Positions 24,913 through 37,800 of a stretch of 64,000 nt of DNA are shown piece by piece. Origin of the DNA: Antedon mediterranea. Taxonomy: Eukaryota > Animalia > Echinodermata. Position 1 is the stretch's first letter; the number at the start of each line of letters is the position of its first letter. The notes beneath the pieces are model-generated. The model did not search any database and was not told the DNA's origin. It worked only from the letters and a program-made list of their open reading frames with translations. The DNA lies in NCBI RefSeq assembly GCF_964355755.1, contig NC_092672.1, forward strand, positions 32,060,437 to 32,124,436, read 5' to 3'. The translations under genes and the position numbers were made by a program.

Positions 24913-26853
24913 CTATTTTGTTCTATCTCATCATTCAGACACCTTGAAAAAGTAAAAGGGATTATGGTGCTGTTACCATGTCTTTCTTCCATAATAACGG
25001 ACTTGATTTATAATTGGTTATCACAGAGTGCGATGTCTGTGCGGAAGAGATTTGAAGGTCATTACAGGATGTATGAAATGTTGATATGAAGTTTGTGGTA
25101 CACCAAGTATACAGTTAAGAACTGTTGAGTTTCTCAATGTTTCGATCAATATATTTCGATCGTCCTCTCAGGATGTTTGGAGTTACAGGGATCAAAAATG
25201 GAATTTTGCAAATTATAGATGTATTGTCCCTTTGTCAAATTCCAAAAAAAAAAAAAAAAACATTTCGAAAAAAAGTGGGTCATTTTGATGTATCATCATA
25301 GTTATTAATTTTCCCAAAAAATGAGTTGAAAAAAAAAAATCATTTAACTGAAATACAGACGTTTTTTGGTTAAAAAAATAACTTTGACTTCCAGTCAATG
25401 TTTTCTATCAAAACATATCTCATAATGCAACGCGCTTATTTGGCTACTCTGTATGCATAATCATAAAACTTCCTCGCGATCTGTGTGAAAACACCTTCTC
25501 ATCCGTGACGAGTTGTAAACAATCCTAATTAGCATCATGCATAATGTATACTCATGGTTTGAAATCTTTGTTTACTTTCGCTCCGGACGATTATCCAGAT
25601 GAAATGTAATCAAATTAATTTAGCTGTTAATTACGTAAAATTTTTTTTTTTGGCTCGAATTTTCGACTTAAGGTGAATAACTTTAATATTACTTTGATAT
25701 GGCCAATTTAAATTTAGAATATTTTGACCTTCATTTTTTGGTGTTTCAAGGGACAATACATCTGTCTTCTTACATGTGTCTTCTATTTTATGGACAGCGA
25801 CATTTTGTCCTTGTATCAACTTTATGTTTGATCTATTGAATTGTATATATAGTGCTATATTGTTAAACAAAGTATTTATTTAGAACTTTGTGATGTGGAG
25901 TAGCTTTGCATAAGGCTGTTGAGTAATTGGTCAGATGTTTGCCCTATTCTCAATATACTTAGTACTGTATGTACAAATTACATCAGAGTAGGGCAAAAAT
26001 CTTATCAAAGTATTTATTTAGAAGTTTGTGATAGCGAGTCAGTATTACAGGGTATATTTAAAAGTAGTGTTTTTAGAAAAAAACAGCCTTAAAGTGTACT
26101 TAAGTTATAGATTATTGAACATATTTATTAGTGATGATATTATGATGTGGTATAGTTACACAATTGTAAAGGTGGGTGAGTTTTAAGTACAGTACTACTG
26201 TATATATAAGGCATTTTAAGATAGTGATGTCGATTTGTATGCTTCAGCTGCAAATAATTCTGGATTATTTACTACCTCTGGTTTTTATGAAGAATACTTT
26301 TTGTATTCTATGGCACAATGCCTACTGCGTGTTCAATTAACCCAACTGAAATTACTTGCTTATTGTTACATTATGAATGGTGGCAAACATTTAAAAAACA
26401 ACAATGTATTGAAAGATGGGAATGTATGAATTGAAAGAATTCATTGAAGTAATAGTAGAAACCGGAACAGATGTGGAAGGACCTTCAGCTCGAATACTGT
26501 ATCTAACCAAAATGTTGACCTGGCTCAAGCAACCTATCACATACAGTAGTAGTAGCTGTTTAGACACAATCTTAAACCCTGTCAACACTATCAAAAATGT
26601 GTGATGTGCTTAAATATGGTAGTGATATGACATCATGTCCATATATGGGCACATCACATTTTTTTGTCACAAAGTTTGAGAGTGTTGTCAGAGCATTACA
26701 ATGGTTAGTTCTGTTAGTGAAAATTATGTAAAAAAATGCTGTTTCGACATATATATAAACAAATCAGGCAAAGAACATTAATTCTAAACCGCCCGGTGAT
26801 ATACTGACATTTAATTAATTAATTTGAAAGGATAAGGATGGGGAAATCTGTGA

Positions 26854-27165
26854 GAATAATAATAATAATACCACATTTATATAGCGCCCTTTTCATGAGT
26901 AATCATGTTCAAAGGCGCTTTACAAGGATTATTACCCCAGTATTTTTTGGGATCAATCACGTATGGAAACATACTCCCATAATGCAGCCGGTAACCAGCG
27001 CAAAGTTGTCTAGATCTAACTGGGTACCCATTTATACACCTGGGTGGAGAGAGGCAACGTAAGTAAAGTATCTTGCCTACGGATACAAGCAATGCGGCGA
27101 GAGTTGGATTCGAACCTAGGTCTAACGATCGGTAGTCCAACGTCCAACACACTGCGCCACACGCA
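26854..27165 (-). mobile_element. tRNA-derived SINE with CORE-like middle and LINE2-type tail
   Basis: Minus strand: A box TGGCGCAGTGTG, B box GGTTCGAATCC, CORE-like GGCAAGATACTTTAC..TGCCTCTCTCCACCCAGGTGTATAAATGGG, tail GTAAAGCGCC..GGCGCTATATAAAT(TAT)n. A related fragment lies near 61148-61230 (+). Confidence 0.85.
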
Positions 27166-27824
27166 GAAAAATATATATACGAACAGAACTGCAGTATCCT
27201 TTGATAGTGTAGTCAGAGCTTTACAGCTACTAGTGCTAGTGCTAGTATACAAACTCAGTGATGTGGACAAAAATGCCGATTTTGACAAGTTTGTAAATAT
27301 GCAGCTGAGTGGATAAAATATATAGTACTGTACAGAACTGCAGTATCCTGTAGATATACTGATCAATCAATTTATTAATTTATAACTTTAGCTTTATGAT
27401 AGTGAATTTTGTCTTAAAATATAAAGTATTGATATAGTTAGTGTACAAATGTTTATCTGTGAACACTTTCTTGTCTTTATCGACTATTATTTGGTAGAGA
27501 AGTTTGTGGTGCTAATGACTTAGTTTGAGTTTATACTGGAGGCTGTCATGACTATTTTCAGGATCACATGATTACGACGTAGTATTTGATTCGCTGAGTT
27601 CACAATCCCGAGCAAGCGTTTTGCCCGAACATCTGCAGTTTGCCAATTGGTTTACACTTCCAAACTTTTCTTGCCAAACTTAGGTTTGACTATTTTACCG
27701 CTAATGATGTCAATGAAGAATTTAAATAAATAAAACACTGTATTTATTGTATTCATATGACTACTGTTCATGGAAAATAAAATACAGTATCTTTAAAACC
27801 ACAAATTAATATATACAGTTGAAG

Positions 27825-30800
27825 CTAAGCCTGTAAATTAGTTGTAAATGCATTGAAATCTTTGATAGCAAAGGCAAGCTGACTGTCTTCTGAATCTGTA
27901 TCGTGAATAGTTGAAAGGGCCTTGTTTCCAAATTCTTGAGCCTAGAATAGAAGAAAAAATCAAATACTCTATAAAGTTGGCAGGGAGGACTTTCTATTGA
28001 GAACTACAGCTTTGCCTACACTATCAAACTAGTTTGACAAAAAAAGTGTGGTGTGCTCAAATATGATAGTTTATGACATCATCGTGTCCATATATGAGCA
28101 CATCACATTTTTTTGTCATATAAAATTTGATAGTGTAGACAGAGCTCAAGACTAAATGAATGTGTTATACCTTATCATTGCTCTCAAGTATGTAATATAA
28201 CATTGCCAAAGCATGGCAGACACGTGACAGCATATCTGGACCGTGATTTGTTGACTGCTCTCTGATGTCATGCACTGCATGAAGAACTTGTTTAGCCTCT
28301 GCTTGTTGTGCTTCATCTGCAACAAAATTTCAAAGGTATATAAAGTATTCACTCTCTTTGTCATTCACATGACTGTTAGCTATTAATCTGTATGCTGGAG
28401 ATCCCCCAGAAGACCACCTCCCATCCCAATGCTTTTGAGGGTCCACATAAGCTGAAACGACCGGTACTAGTCCCTCTTCCTGGAAGAACGTATTTATTTA
28501 CAATACTGTATACAGGCCATTGCTTTCTTTTTAATAAATTTAGAATAGCTACCTAACGTTTCCTCAACTGGTTTCTCAATGGATGCCGGACCAACACGTG
28601 ACGAAGGCTTTGGTGGATGAATCCGTTGGTTAATTATACGAAGAAGGTGTTTATGCCAAATGGCTGTGACCCTGGTATAAAGGGAATCTGCAATATCCAT
28701 TCGGTTCTGACGGAAGAACACATTAGCCATGTGGAAGTACCCTCCAGATGTTTGGATGTCGTCTGTTCCGAATTCTTCGGAGGCATGATATATCTGAAGG
28801 TGAGAGACAAACAATTGTGGTAGTTAATGAAAAAATGTATAGAATTTTTTGTGTATACAAATGATAGGTAAATATTATGACTACAGAATATCATCATATG
28901 CGTATAACTGAGTTATGGTTCTAGATCGAATCCAGGCCCCCGACTGGCACCATTTTAAAAATAGCTATTAAGTTAATTAATTTTTTCTTTGGAAACCATC
29001 AGTGGACACTGGATTTGGGTCCTCAAGTGGTATTATGTTATTTAGTCCTTAATCTCAAAATTCATGTACTGCATTAACTTGTTCGGGAAATAAAGTTAAA
29101 GCTCTGTTTACATTATCAGATTGTATGTGAAAAAAAAAATGTGCCCATATATGGACATGATAATGTCATATCATTATCATACTTGGGCATATCACTACCG
29201 TACTTGGGCATATCACACTGTCAAACTTCTTTACAAAAGACTTCTTTACAAAAGTAAAGCTTACGTCGTCTGCTAAATGCGCTCTGGCTGTTTGATAGTC
29301 TCCTTTTGCAGCAAACAGTAGGCCTAGGTTACGGTAGAGCTTAGACTTGATAGCATTACTGCAGGTTGGAGTCTTCAGCACTGTCCACTGTGCTTGTGCA
29401 AGGTACTCTTCTGCTTGTGTTAGTTTATGTAGACCTAACATAAACATCAATAAAACACAATAAGTATTTTTTAATATAGTAAAACCCCTATTAATTATTA
29501 GTTAAGTAGACACTTTAGGACCCCTTAAAATAATCTTTTTTTTTCCAGACAAAAATATTACTTATTACATAATATTAACATATATACATATTCAACATTT
29601 CTTTAGAAACAGTTGAAAAAATAAAAGAAGTATACATTCAACCCATATTAAGTTAGTTAAACACTTTTGGATCCCTAAAAAATTTCTTCAGCCAAAATAA
29701 ATTGAATATTTGAAATGGACTAGGTGTTATTAAGGTGTTATTAATGCCAATACTACCTGGAACAGTTATCCCTGTTGTGAAGTAGTTATAATAAACTTCT
29801 TATGTTTATTTATTTGGCTGCATCCATTAAAATACAGTAGCTCCAATAATTAAACAGAAATGTACCTGTACTGTATCATGTTTTTTTAGAAATCAATTCT
29901 TACCTATACTCGCCTCGGCTAAAATGAGGTAAGATGGAACAAGTTGGATGCTATCTAGGCCATGAACGTCAATGCTGAAGCGCAACGACTGCATCGCTGC
30001 CGGCACGGCCTGCTCGTGTCGACCCTCAAACAGCAGCTTCTGACCCATTGTTCTGGTAAGGTCAATCATGTCTTTCTATTTAAAATAAAATTATGTTATT
30101 AGACAAAACTTTCATTGTTTTAGAGAATAAAAGCTCTGTTTACACTATCAAACTAGATTGAAAAAAATGCACAAATATGGTAGTGACATGGCATCAGCAC
30201 AATAATACAGCACATTTTGTTGTCACATAAACTTTGATAGTATAGACAGATGAGATGTTGAGCTGGTTTGATTATAAGTCAGGAAACATACAGAAATTCC
30301 TTAAAAATGGAGTTCGAGAGGAGTTTTCTTCAGAACTACCTGTCTTTGTAACTTTTCAGCCTCCCGTTTCTGCCTCTCTTCTTCAGAAGGCAGGAATGGC
30401 AGGGAGATAGTCCGCAGAGGTATCAGAAGCTGACAGATCTTCATGTGGATTCCCATCCAATCTGCATCTTGGTGTTCTTTGCCACTGTGAAAATAAGAAT
30501 CTATAAATATCATACCTGTACTATTAATAATGTTGAATGTAAATGTTTAAAAAAATGTTATGAAAAATGAATAATTAATCATTTTCTACTAATCTATTCT
30601 AGGCCATTTCATACTTTTTAATTAAGTTAATCACTTGCGTGGAAAAGAAAACTAAAAAAAAAAATAATGTTTTCACTTGTAAAAAAGACAAAATAAACAG
30701 TTAAATTAAACCAAAATCCCATTATTGAATTCCAGTTGATCAATAGGCCTAGTACTAGTAGTAGGCTAGGCCTAGCCTAGACTTTTTTTTTTTTCTTTTA

Positions 30801-31239
30801 AATTCATTTTTTTTCAAGTTTTTAATAATTTTATTTTCAATCCATTTTTTTGCTGAAACTAAAAGTGATTAACTATTATTATGTGACATAAAAATGACAT
30901 AGGCCTAGGCCTATTCAACAGAAACAATTCTTTTATCAGGAGTTATAAATATATCTAGGCCAGGCTAGGCTAGTTGCCCTCCTGATCGACTAAACCGCCT
31001 CGTCGTACGTAATTTTGTAAGCTTGCTAGGCCTAGCTAGGTCTAGCTAGTAGAGGCGGGTAGGCGCGCCTACCCTATAGTAGGTAGGCCGGTAGCTTATC
31101 CTTTATAACGATGTTTTCGATCGTATACATACCAATAATATGTAACTCGGCATTTCATACATTGTACAAACGCTGGTTTTTGACAAAGTTCACATAATAA
31201 TTTCACACCCTTTGGGTTTGCTAGCGGATTTAACGTCAT
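27825..31239 (-). CDS. ZMYND12: Zinc finger MYND domain-containing protein 12; exons 31239-31133, 30484-30340, 30075-29904, 29434-29265, 28793-28553, 28316-28171, 27941-27825
   Basis: N-terminus PLANPKGVKLLCELCQKPA..C..CRVTYYCGKEHQDADW.GIH.KIC (MYND), then SEEER, AEEYLAQAQWTVLK, LYRNLGLL, GGYFHMANVF and DEAQQAEA; phases agree. Confidence 0.94.
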
Positions 31240-31811
31240 TTTATGTACACACATAAATGGAATTAAAGAAGTGTGGTGGTGGTAAATTAAATTAGAGCGT
31301 TTGGTTGCTTTAGAAACGAAACCTTTTTAAAGTGCGCCCGCTATATTTTAAGTGTTTTAATAGTTTTGTGTGTAGTATTAGTACGTACCACCACTGTACT
31401 AACTATACCGTACTACATGCGCCTCCTACGTAATTACCTCATCTGCTAAACTAATTTTAATCTATATTAATATAATTATGCAAAATATTTGTAAATGTGT
31501 ATAATACATTTATATAACATATATTTTATGTATCTATAAAAATGTATATAAAATGTAGTCACTATATGAATCGATACAAGCATACAAATATCTATAATAA
31601 TAGGCCCTCTGACACATGATATTCATTTTATTTTAATTTGTATTTAAATTAAAGATAAAAGACATTTTAGTCGTAATATCGGCTTATACATAATAATTAT
31701 ATAATCATTTGTATATTAATATACTCAAATGACGCAACAATTACATATTTAAGATCAATTGTGTACAATTTATAGTTAGTTATTAGTTATGAAGGCCTAA
31801 GAAATAAAACG

Positions 31812-32483
31812 TCAAGATATTAATTTAAGCAGACAATTTGTCAAAAGATTTGAAGATGAAGCTTCATCATTGGTTATTTCAACATCTTCTTCGCGGTTCC
31901 TATACGCGTATAGCTCATCACGTGACCGTTTGTCCCGCATTAACATGACGTCAAGTGGTCGAAAATTAAGTGGCCAATCAACAATTGGTTTCTTCTTGGA
32001 GTACGCTTTGCAACCGCATGAAGTCCGTTTGTTGAATTTCGAGGAATGTTGTTTTTTCTTCTGACTCTTATTTTCTATTGGACTGTAAATAAATAGATAA
32101 ACATTTTATTGTAGGTTAATAAGAAAACAGAGAACAAAATTCACCAAACACACGTATGACCAGGCCTAGGCTATGCCTAGCCTGTATAGACCTAGTAATA
32201 ATAACGTTGTCTGTCTCTAGTAGTAGGCTAGTAGGACACGGAAATGTGAACGTCCTTTTAACGTTTCCGTGCGTACTGAAGTTCATTAACCGCCACAACA
32301 TTTATGAAACACGTAAATGTGATTTTAACACCCGCATTAATTTGTGTTTTGAATAACAAATATCCTGTACCTAAATTGTACTTGTGAAATATACTTGTAT
32401 TCTCGTTTGTCGAATGAAAAATAAATGTTCACCGCTGTGCTCAAGTCTGCCGTATAGATTAACGTTTGACGCCGTTCATTCAT
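31812..32483 (-). CDS. Putative 119-aa two-exon orphan protein; exons 32483-32395 and 32082-31812
   Basis: ACCATG start 25 nt inside an exon with acceptor TTACTCACTACAG; a phase-2 donor joins in frame to acceptor TTTACAG and a 90-codon open frame ending in TGA. Confidence 0.5.
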
Positions 32484-34894
32484 GGTGTCCGCCCTTTATG
32501 TCTATGCCTGTAGTGAGTAAGTAGGCTAGGTTTTGATTGCTATTAGATCCTTTGATGCAAAACGCACACCAATGGTAAAGTTCGCTCAAAAAAAGAAATA
32601 TTGTTTTTTAATTTGAGGTTTTTCGTTTTGTTTTTAGTTTATTTGGAAACACGCATAGAATCTTTTGCGTTAAATTTATACTACAGTGCGTACACGCGTG
32701 TTCAAAAGTTGTTGCGTTCTACACAGCGTACACGCGCTTCATGTCCATAGTTTCTACAGCGCGTAAACGCGCTGCAAGTTTAAGGAGTACAGTTACTTTT
32801 GGAATTTTTGCGAATAATTGTATATTCACTTTGTGAGGCGCTTGTGTAAGATATTGAATAAAAAACCTTATTTGATTAATGTTATTTTTTCCAAATCAAA
32901 TAATTTATATTGATCTTGTTGTTTTGTTGAGAGATAAACAAATACAATTAAAATACTACACTAAGGAGTCATGTTTGCATTTACATTTGTTGACACGTAA
33001 GCATATAGTCAATCAATTTATTGCTGATACAATTAAATTATCCGATTTTCATAACTCTATTGCCCACCTGTTTTGCAAAATTTGTTTAAAATAAAATCGA
33101 CCTATTGTGTGACACAACTCATTTATCATTTGCCTCACGAAATATTATAAGCGTTGATGCTCTCGTGCGAAACGCGAAATTGAGTTTCCCCTATCTTCTC
33201 GTTTCTTAGATTTTTAGAAGAAAACAATTTATTAAGGCCTATATTAATGCTTGGTTCCCACTAGAGACGCAACACAAGGACGCAACGTAAGTGAGTTGAC
33301 CAATTACAAGCCATAGATTATTCGAACTGTCGCTTGTGAGTGGTCAACACGCTTGCGTTGCGTTTACGTCCTTGCGTTGCGTCAGTGGGAACCAATCTTA
33401 AATGCAACATAGGTTGTATAGTTCCAATCATTATGCCCATGCTGTCCTATATAATATATAATTCAATAACTCTCTATATTAATTTTTTATGTACGGTACT
33501 ATTACCAAAGTGTAAGGTCAAAGAAAATTCAGATATAAGAAAAAAAATCTAAAGCTCTGTCTACACTATCAAACTTTATGTGACAAAAAAATGCGATGTG
33601 CCCATATATGGACAAGATGTCATATCACTACCATATTTGGGAATATAACCACTATATTTGGGCAGATCACACTTTTTGTAGTGTAGACAGAGCTAGCTTT
33701 ATAAGCCATTGAGAGTCAAATCAAACCATTTGTGTGTGTTTGGACGTGACTATAATACAATAAAAATCGGAAGTGGTCATTTGGCAATATCACGGGTGTA
33801 TATCTGTGTATCATCATAATCACATACCGATCTTGTTTGATCGTACTAACTTATCATGTAAACATTATAAAGATAACACAACTTCTGTCGAAATAATCAC
33901 CAAAATCGGAAAATACCGACTTCACCAGAATTTAGACCTAATTCTATGAATGTTGATAACTTTAATTAATTATAAATAATTTCTAAACTGAAACCTGTCA
34001 ATAAAAGTGCATATTATATAAACAAGTTTAATTTTGATGGCTTTTATGTACTGTAATGTCTGTATATCTTGAAACTATGGTAAAGCGTGGTTCCCACTAG
34101 AGACGACGCAGCGCAGGGACGTACGCGCAACGCAAGTGAGTTGACAAATGACAAGCCACTGTTGTGGAATAATCAATCGATTGTGATTGGTCAAATCACT
34201 TAGGTTGCGTTACGTCCTTGCGTTGCGTCAACCAAGCTTAACACATTAATAATTAGTTGAAAAATTCATTTAAAATAACTGTTTTTATAATGTATCTATT
34301 GAAGGCTTTCCCAACAACTTTTAATCGTAGGCCCTAATAACGATTGACAATAACTTTCGTGTCGATACAGCGATTTTATTTTTATTATTGATCATGACGT
34401 CATTTTTTTGGATTTGATAAAATATAAATAATTGTTATAATATTATTTTTATCAAAGACAGCAAAAATGACTGTCCTATAGTAATTCTAGAATGAAATCT
34501 TCTAATTTATTTTGTTCTATGTGTAAGAAAAATTAAAGTTTATCTATTTATCGTCGATCGTTATCGTCGTAGTGTGCACCGGCCTTTAGCTTGACGGTCG
34601 ATGATGACATAATGAGTGTACCCGCCCAATCCTGATTGGTCCTATAAACAGTCATAACTTCAATTACTATTTCAATCACTTTACAATGTGTCACGTAGGC
34701 TATAATATATACCTTATTCAAATTGGTAGGATCGTTAAAGAAGTAGGCATATGACGTCACATACCGGTCCAAGTGTAGTTACCGAATGATTTGCGAGCTG
34801 GTTCTCGCTTTTACTTTTGTATAGAGGATTTAGATTAGTATTTTAATCAAATTGTTTGACAGGAAAAAGCCGGTCATAGTTTCATTTCTGGACG

Positions 34895-37800
34895 ATGTTG
34901 ACGATAGAATATTTGTTTCTCCTGTGGTTTGTTTTATTATCGGTATACAGTGTTTTTTCAGGTAGGTGTGTTCGATTACTCTTTCTCCCCCGCCCCTCTT
35001 CCCCTCTCACTTCATTCTTTAAACCGTTTCCCCATCTTCCGTATCCTGCTTGGCAGAATGGAAGATGGAGGAACGGTTTAAAGAATGAATTCTGCTGCTT
35101 GGCAGAATGGATGTGGTACCCACAACGTAAGCAGGAATTACAGTTCCTAAAATTGTTAGTAAAGAGTAAGATCGTTTACAATTGAATTACAAATAAATAT
35201 TCCAATAGATCTTGCTCTAAGTTTTGGCTGAATTGGAGCCGGACGTGTGATGGAAATTTTGTTAAATGTCGGTCAAAAAGGGTTTGTTCAGTAACATGCA
35301 AATTCCTTGATACAGCATCGTATGTATTTCAAACATCAACTTGTCAATGACAAATTACTGTCATATAGAGATACAGCACTGACAATGTGTAGGCCTACAT
35401 GTTCCTAGTTTGGTAATACGTCATGTATAGTTCAATACCCGAACATGTGCCCCGTGTGTTAATGGCACAGACCCCACTTGTTGAAAATGAACGAAAGAAA
35501 GTGAAAAGGGTATAGGACTTTGCAACTGAAAATAACATTCTGATTTCCATGGTAAATATAAGTCGATCTACGATTAGCACACAGTTTAGAACCATGCGGG
35601 ATATTAAGACTGATTAGCGTAGCATATGTGGCTATGGATATTTCATTTTTGTATCTATAAACAAGGTTTATAACACAAAATGTATATAGAGTCAAAGGCT
35701 AATTTACACAGAAGAGCGGCAACGGTAAGTGGAAAACCACGTAGCTTGTCCCCACGTAGAATCTGTATCTATCCTAAGCGGAAACCGCCCGTCCTCTCCA
35801 CTCTATATTTGTATTACCGTTACCACTCGTCTGTGTAAATTCCTTAAGACAGAGGTTCACTCTCTTATTCACAACCAACACATGTATTTTGAAAATGTTA
35901 TTAATGTTTGATCCGGTTTAAGTTATTATTGGTTTCGATATTTAAGAAATCAGGAATTCCAGTATTAGGCCTACCAACTTTTAAGAACCAAAAACATCCG
36001 GGTTTTTAATGCCCCTCTTTCACATCGCCTCAAAACTCATTTCATTTAATTCGTCAGAAAAGAACAGATACATAACTTAAAACAAAATCAAAAGAGTTTC
36101 ATCCAAATCCAAATGACTTCAAAAAGCGAAATGATATATAATATATAATAAATATGTTTACACACACTTCTCCGAAGTTTTTCTGCGATGTGAAAGTTGT
36201 ATTAGATACTATAATATGCTAAAGTCAAGATTCCGTAGTAGGGTTATTTATTTACTTTTAGGCGTATATGTATACAGTATAACTCAGCAAATATATTCGT
36301 CAATATTTATTTAATAATACGCTATTTGGTGGTGGTCGAAAGTTATCTGTTTTGGCATTAGCACTTGAGTTTAAGTTATGCACACAATAACGTAGATTGC
36401 AATCGTTCTTAAATAACTTGAAAAACTCAAAATGTACTAGGCCTACCGAAACCTACATCACTGTACCACATGGTTCATTTGACTTGTAGCTATTTTGTTA
36501 CGTGTGTTAAATTCGTGATATTTGCGAGAACCGTTAAAGCATGACATTTATATTAACATTTATCATCCATTGATAATGGTATATTTATTGATAAAAATCA
36601 TCTTCATAGTAAAAATCTTAATATAAAATCGGCAAACACCAAAGAGATAAAAAAAAGAGTGAAGAAAGAAAAACTCACATGCTGAAGTCAGTCTATTTGA
36701 TCAGCCATTCTTACCATATTATTAATGAGTTGTTAAAAAGTATAAATTCTGAGTTACTGAGTTTAAACTGTCATTGTCATGAAGGAACCCAATTTACAAG
36801 ACCATTGGGACAAAAGGTTCTAGTCATGCTTAGAATTTAGCTGTTTCGGTATCTGTTGGTTTTTCAATAAACATTTTTTTTTGCGCACCGTAGACATCTC
36901 ATGAGACTCGAGCGATTTAATGAAATACTGTACACTATTATTTATTAATGAGGCGAAAAATTGACTGATGAAATTTAACCGTATTAAGTTACACTATATA
37001 CCTACTCGCGCAATTAAATAACTGGGGTCCTACAATGATACAAGCGACATAAAGCGCAGTCTCGCTAAACTGGTGGTATAGTCAGAATAGAAATTAACAA
37101 GGCCATGGCTGCAGTCGCGCGCGTGCGCAAATTTAAGTTAGTGTTTAGCGACCGAGCGACATAGTGCGCTATAGAGTCGCGTTGGGTTTGAGGGGGAAGA
37201 TATGTGACTGCAGAGGAGATAAATACGTAATTTTAAATTACAGTACAATACCCCTTTAATTACAGGCCCATGATCCATTTATGTATATCTATATTTTGCC
37301 ATTGATTGTAACCCATGTGGGAGAAAGGTTGTAATCAGCAGATAAGAACCTCTGTCTGTCTGTATACAGAATTTAATTGATATATCTTTTACTCTCTATT
37401 CTAGACGCAACTACTGTTGACAGTACTAATGTAACAAGACCTACTACCTATACAACCGATACATCCAGATTAACAAGTGACGAGGTTGCTTCTACAGAAA
37501 CATATTCAACAATAAATTCGTCCGTTGTCGTCACCAATAGACTGACTAACTATACAGCTACGGGCACTACAGCTGTATTACCACTTACCAGCCTGGAAAC
37601 AAGTGCAATAACTGAAAATGATATCGGTAACAGCATTACCTACCAATATGTACCTACAGTGTCCACGCATGGTACGACAAAACACCGTATTGAAACTACT
37701 AAACTTCCCACCACCATAACTACTGATGTTTCGACTGATGCTTCAACTGTCGCAATAGAGCATACTACAGTTAGTGAATATCAGACAACGAGAATTACAA

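Noticed and set aside
35209-35350. Cys/Trp-containing frame weakly resembling a TSP1 repeat
   Set aside because: Phase does not fit mucin exon 1 and motif spacing is poor.
35712-35724. 13-nt micro-exon candidate (CAG|AAGAGCGGCAACG|GTAAGT) in mucin intron 1
   Set aside because: Not a multiple of 3 between phase-1 junctions, and no compensating exon found.
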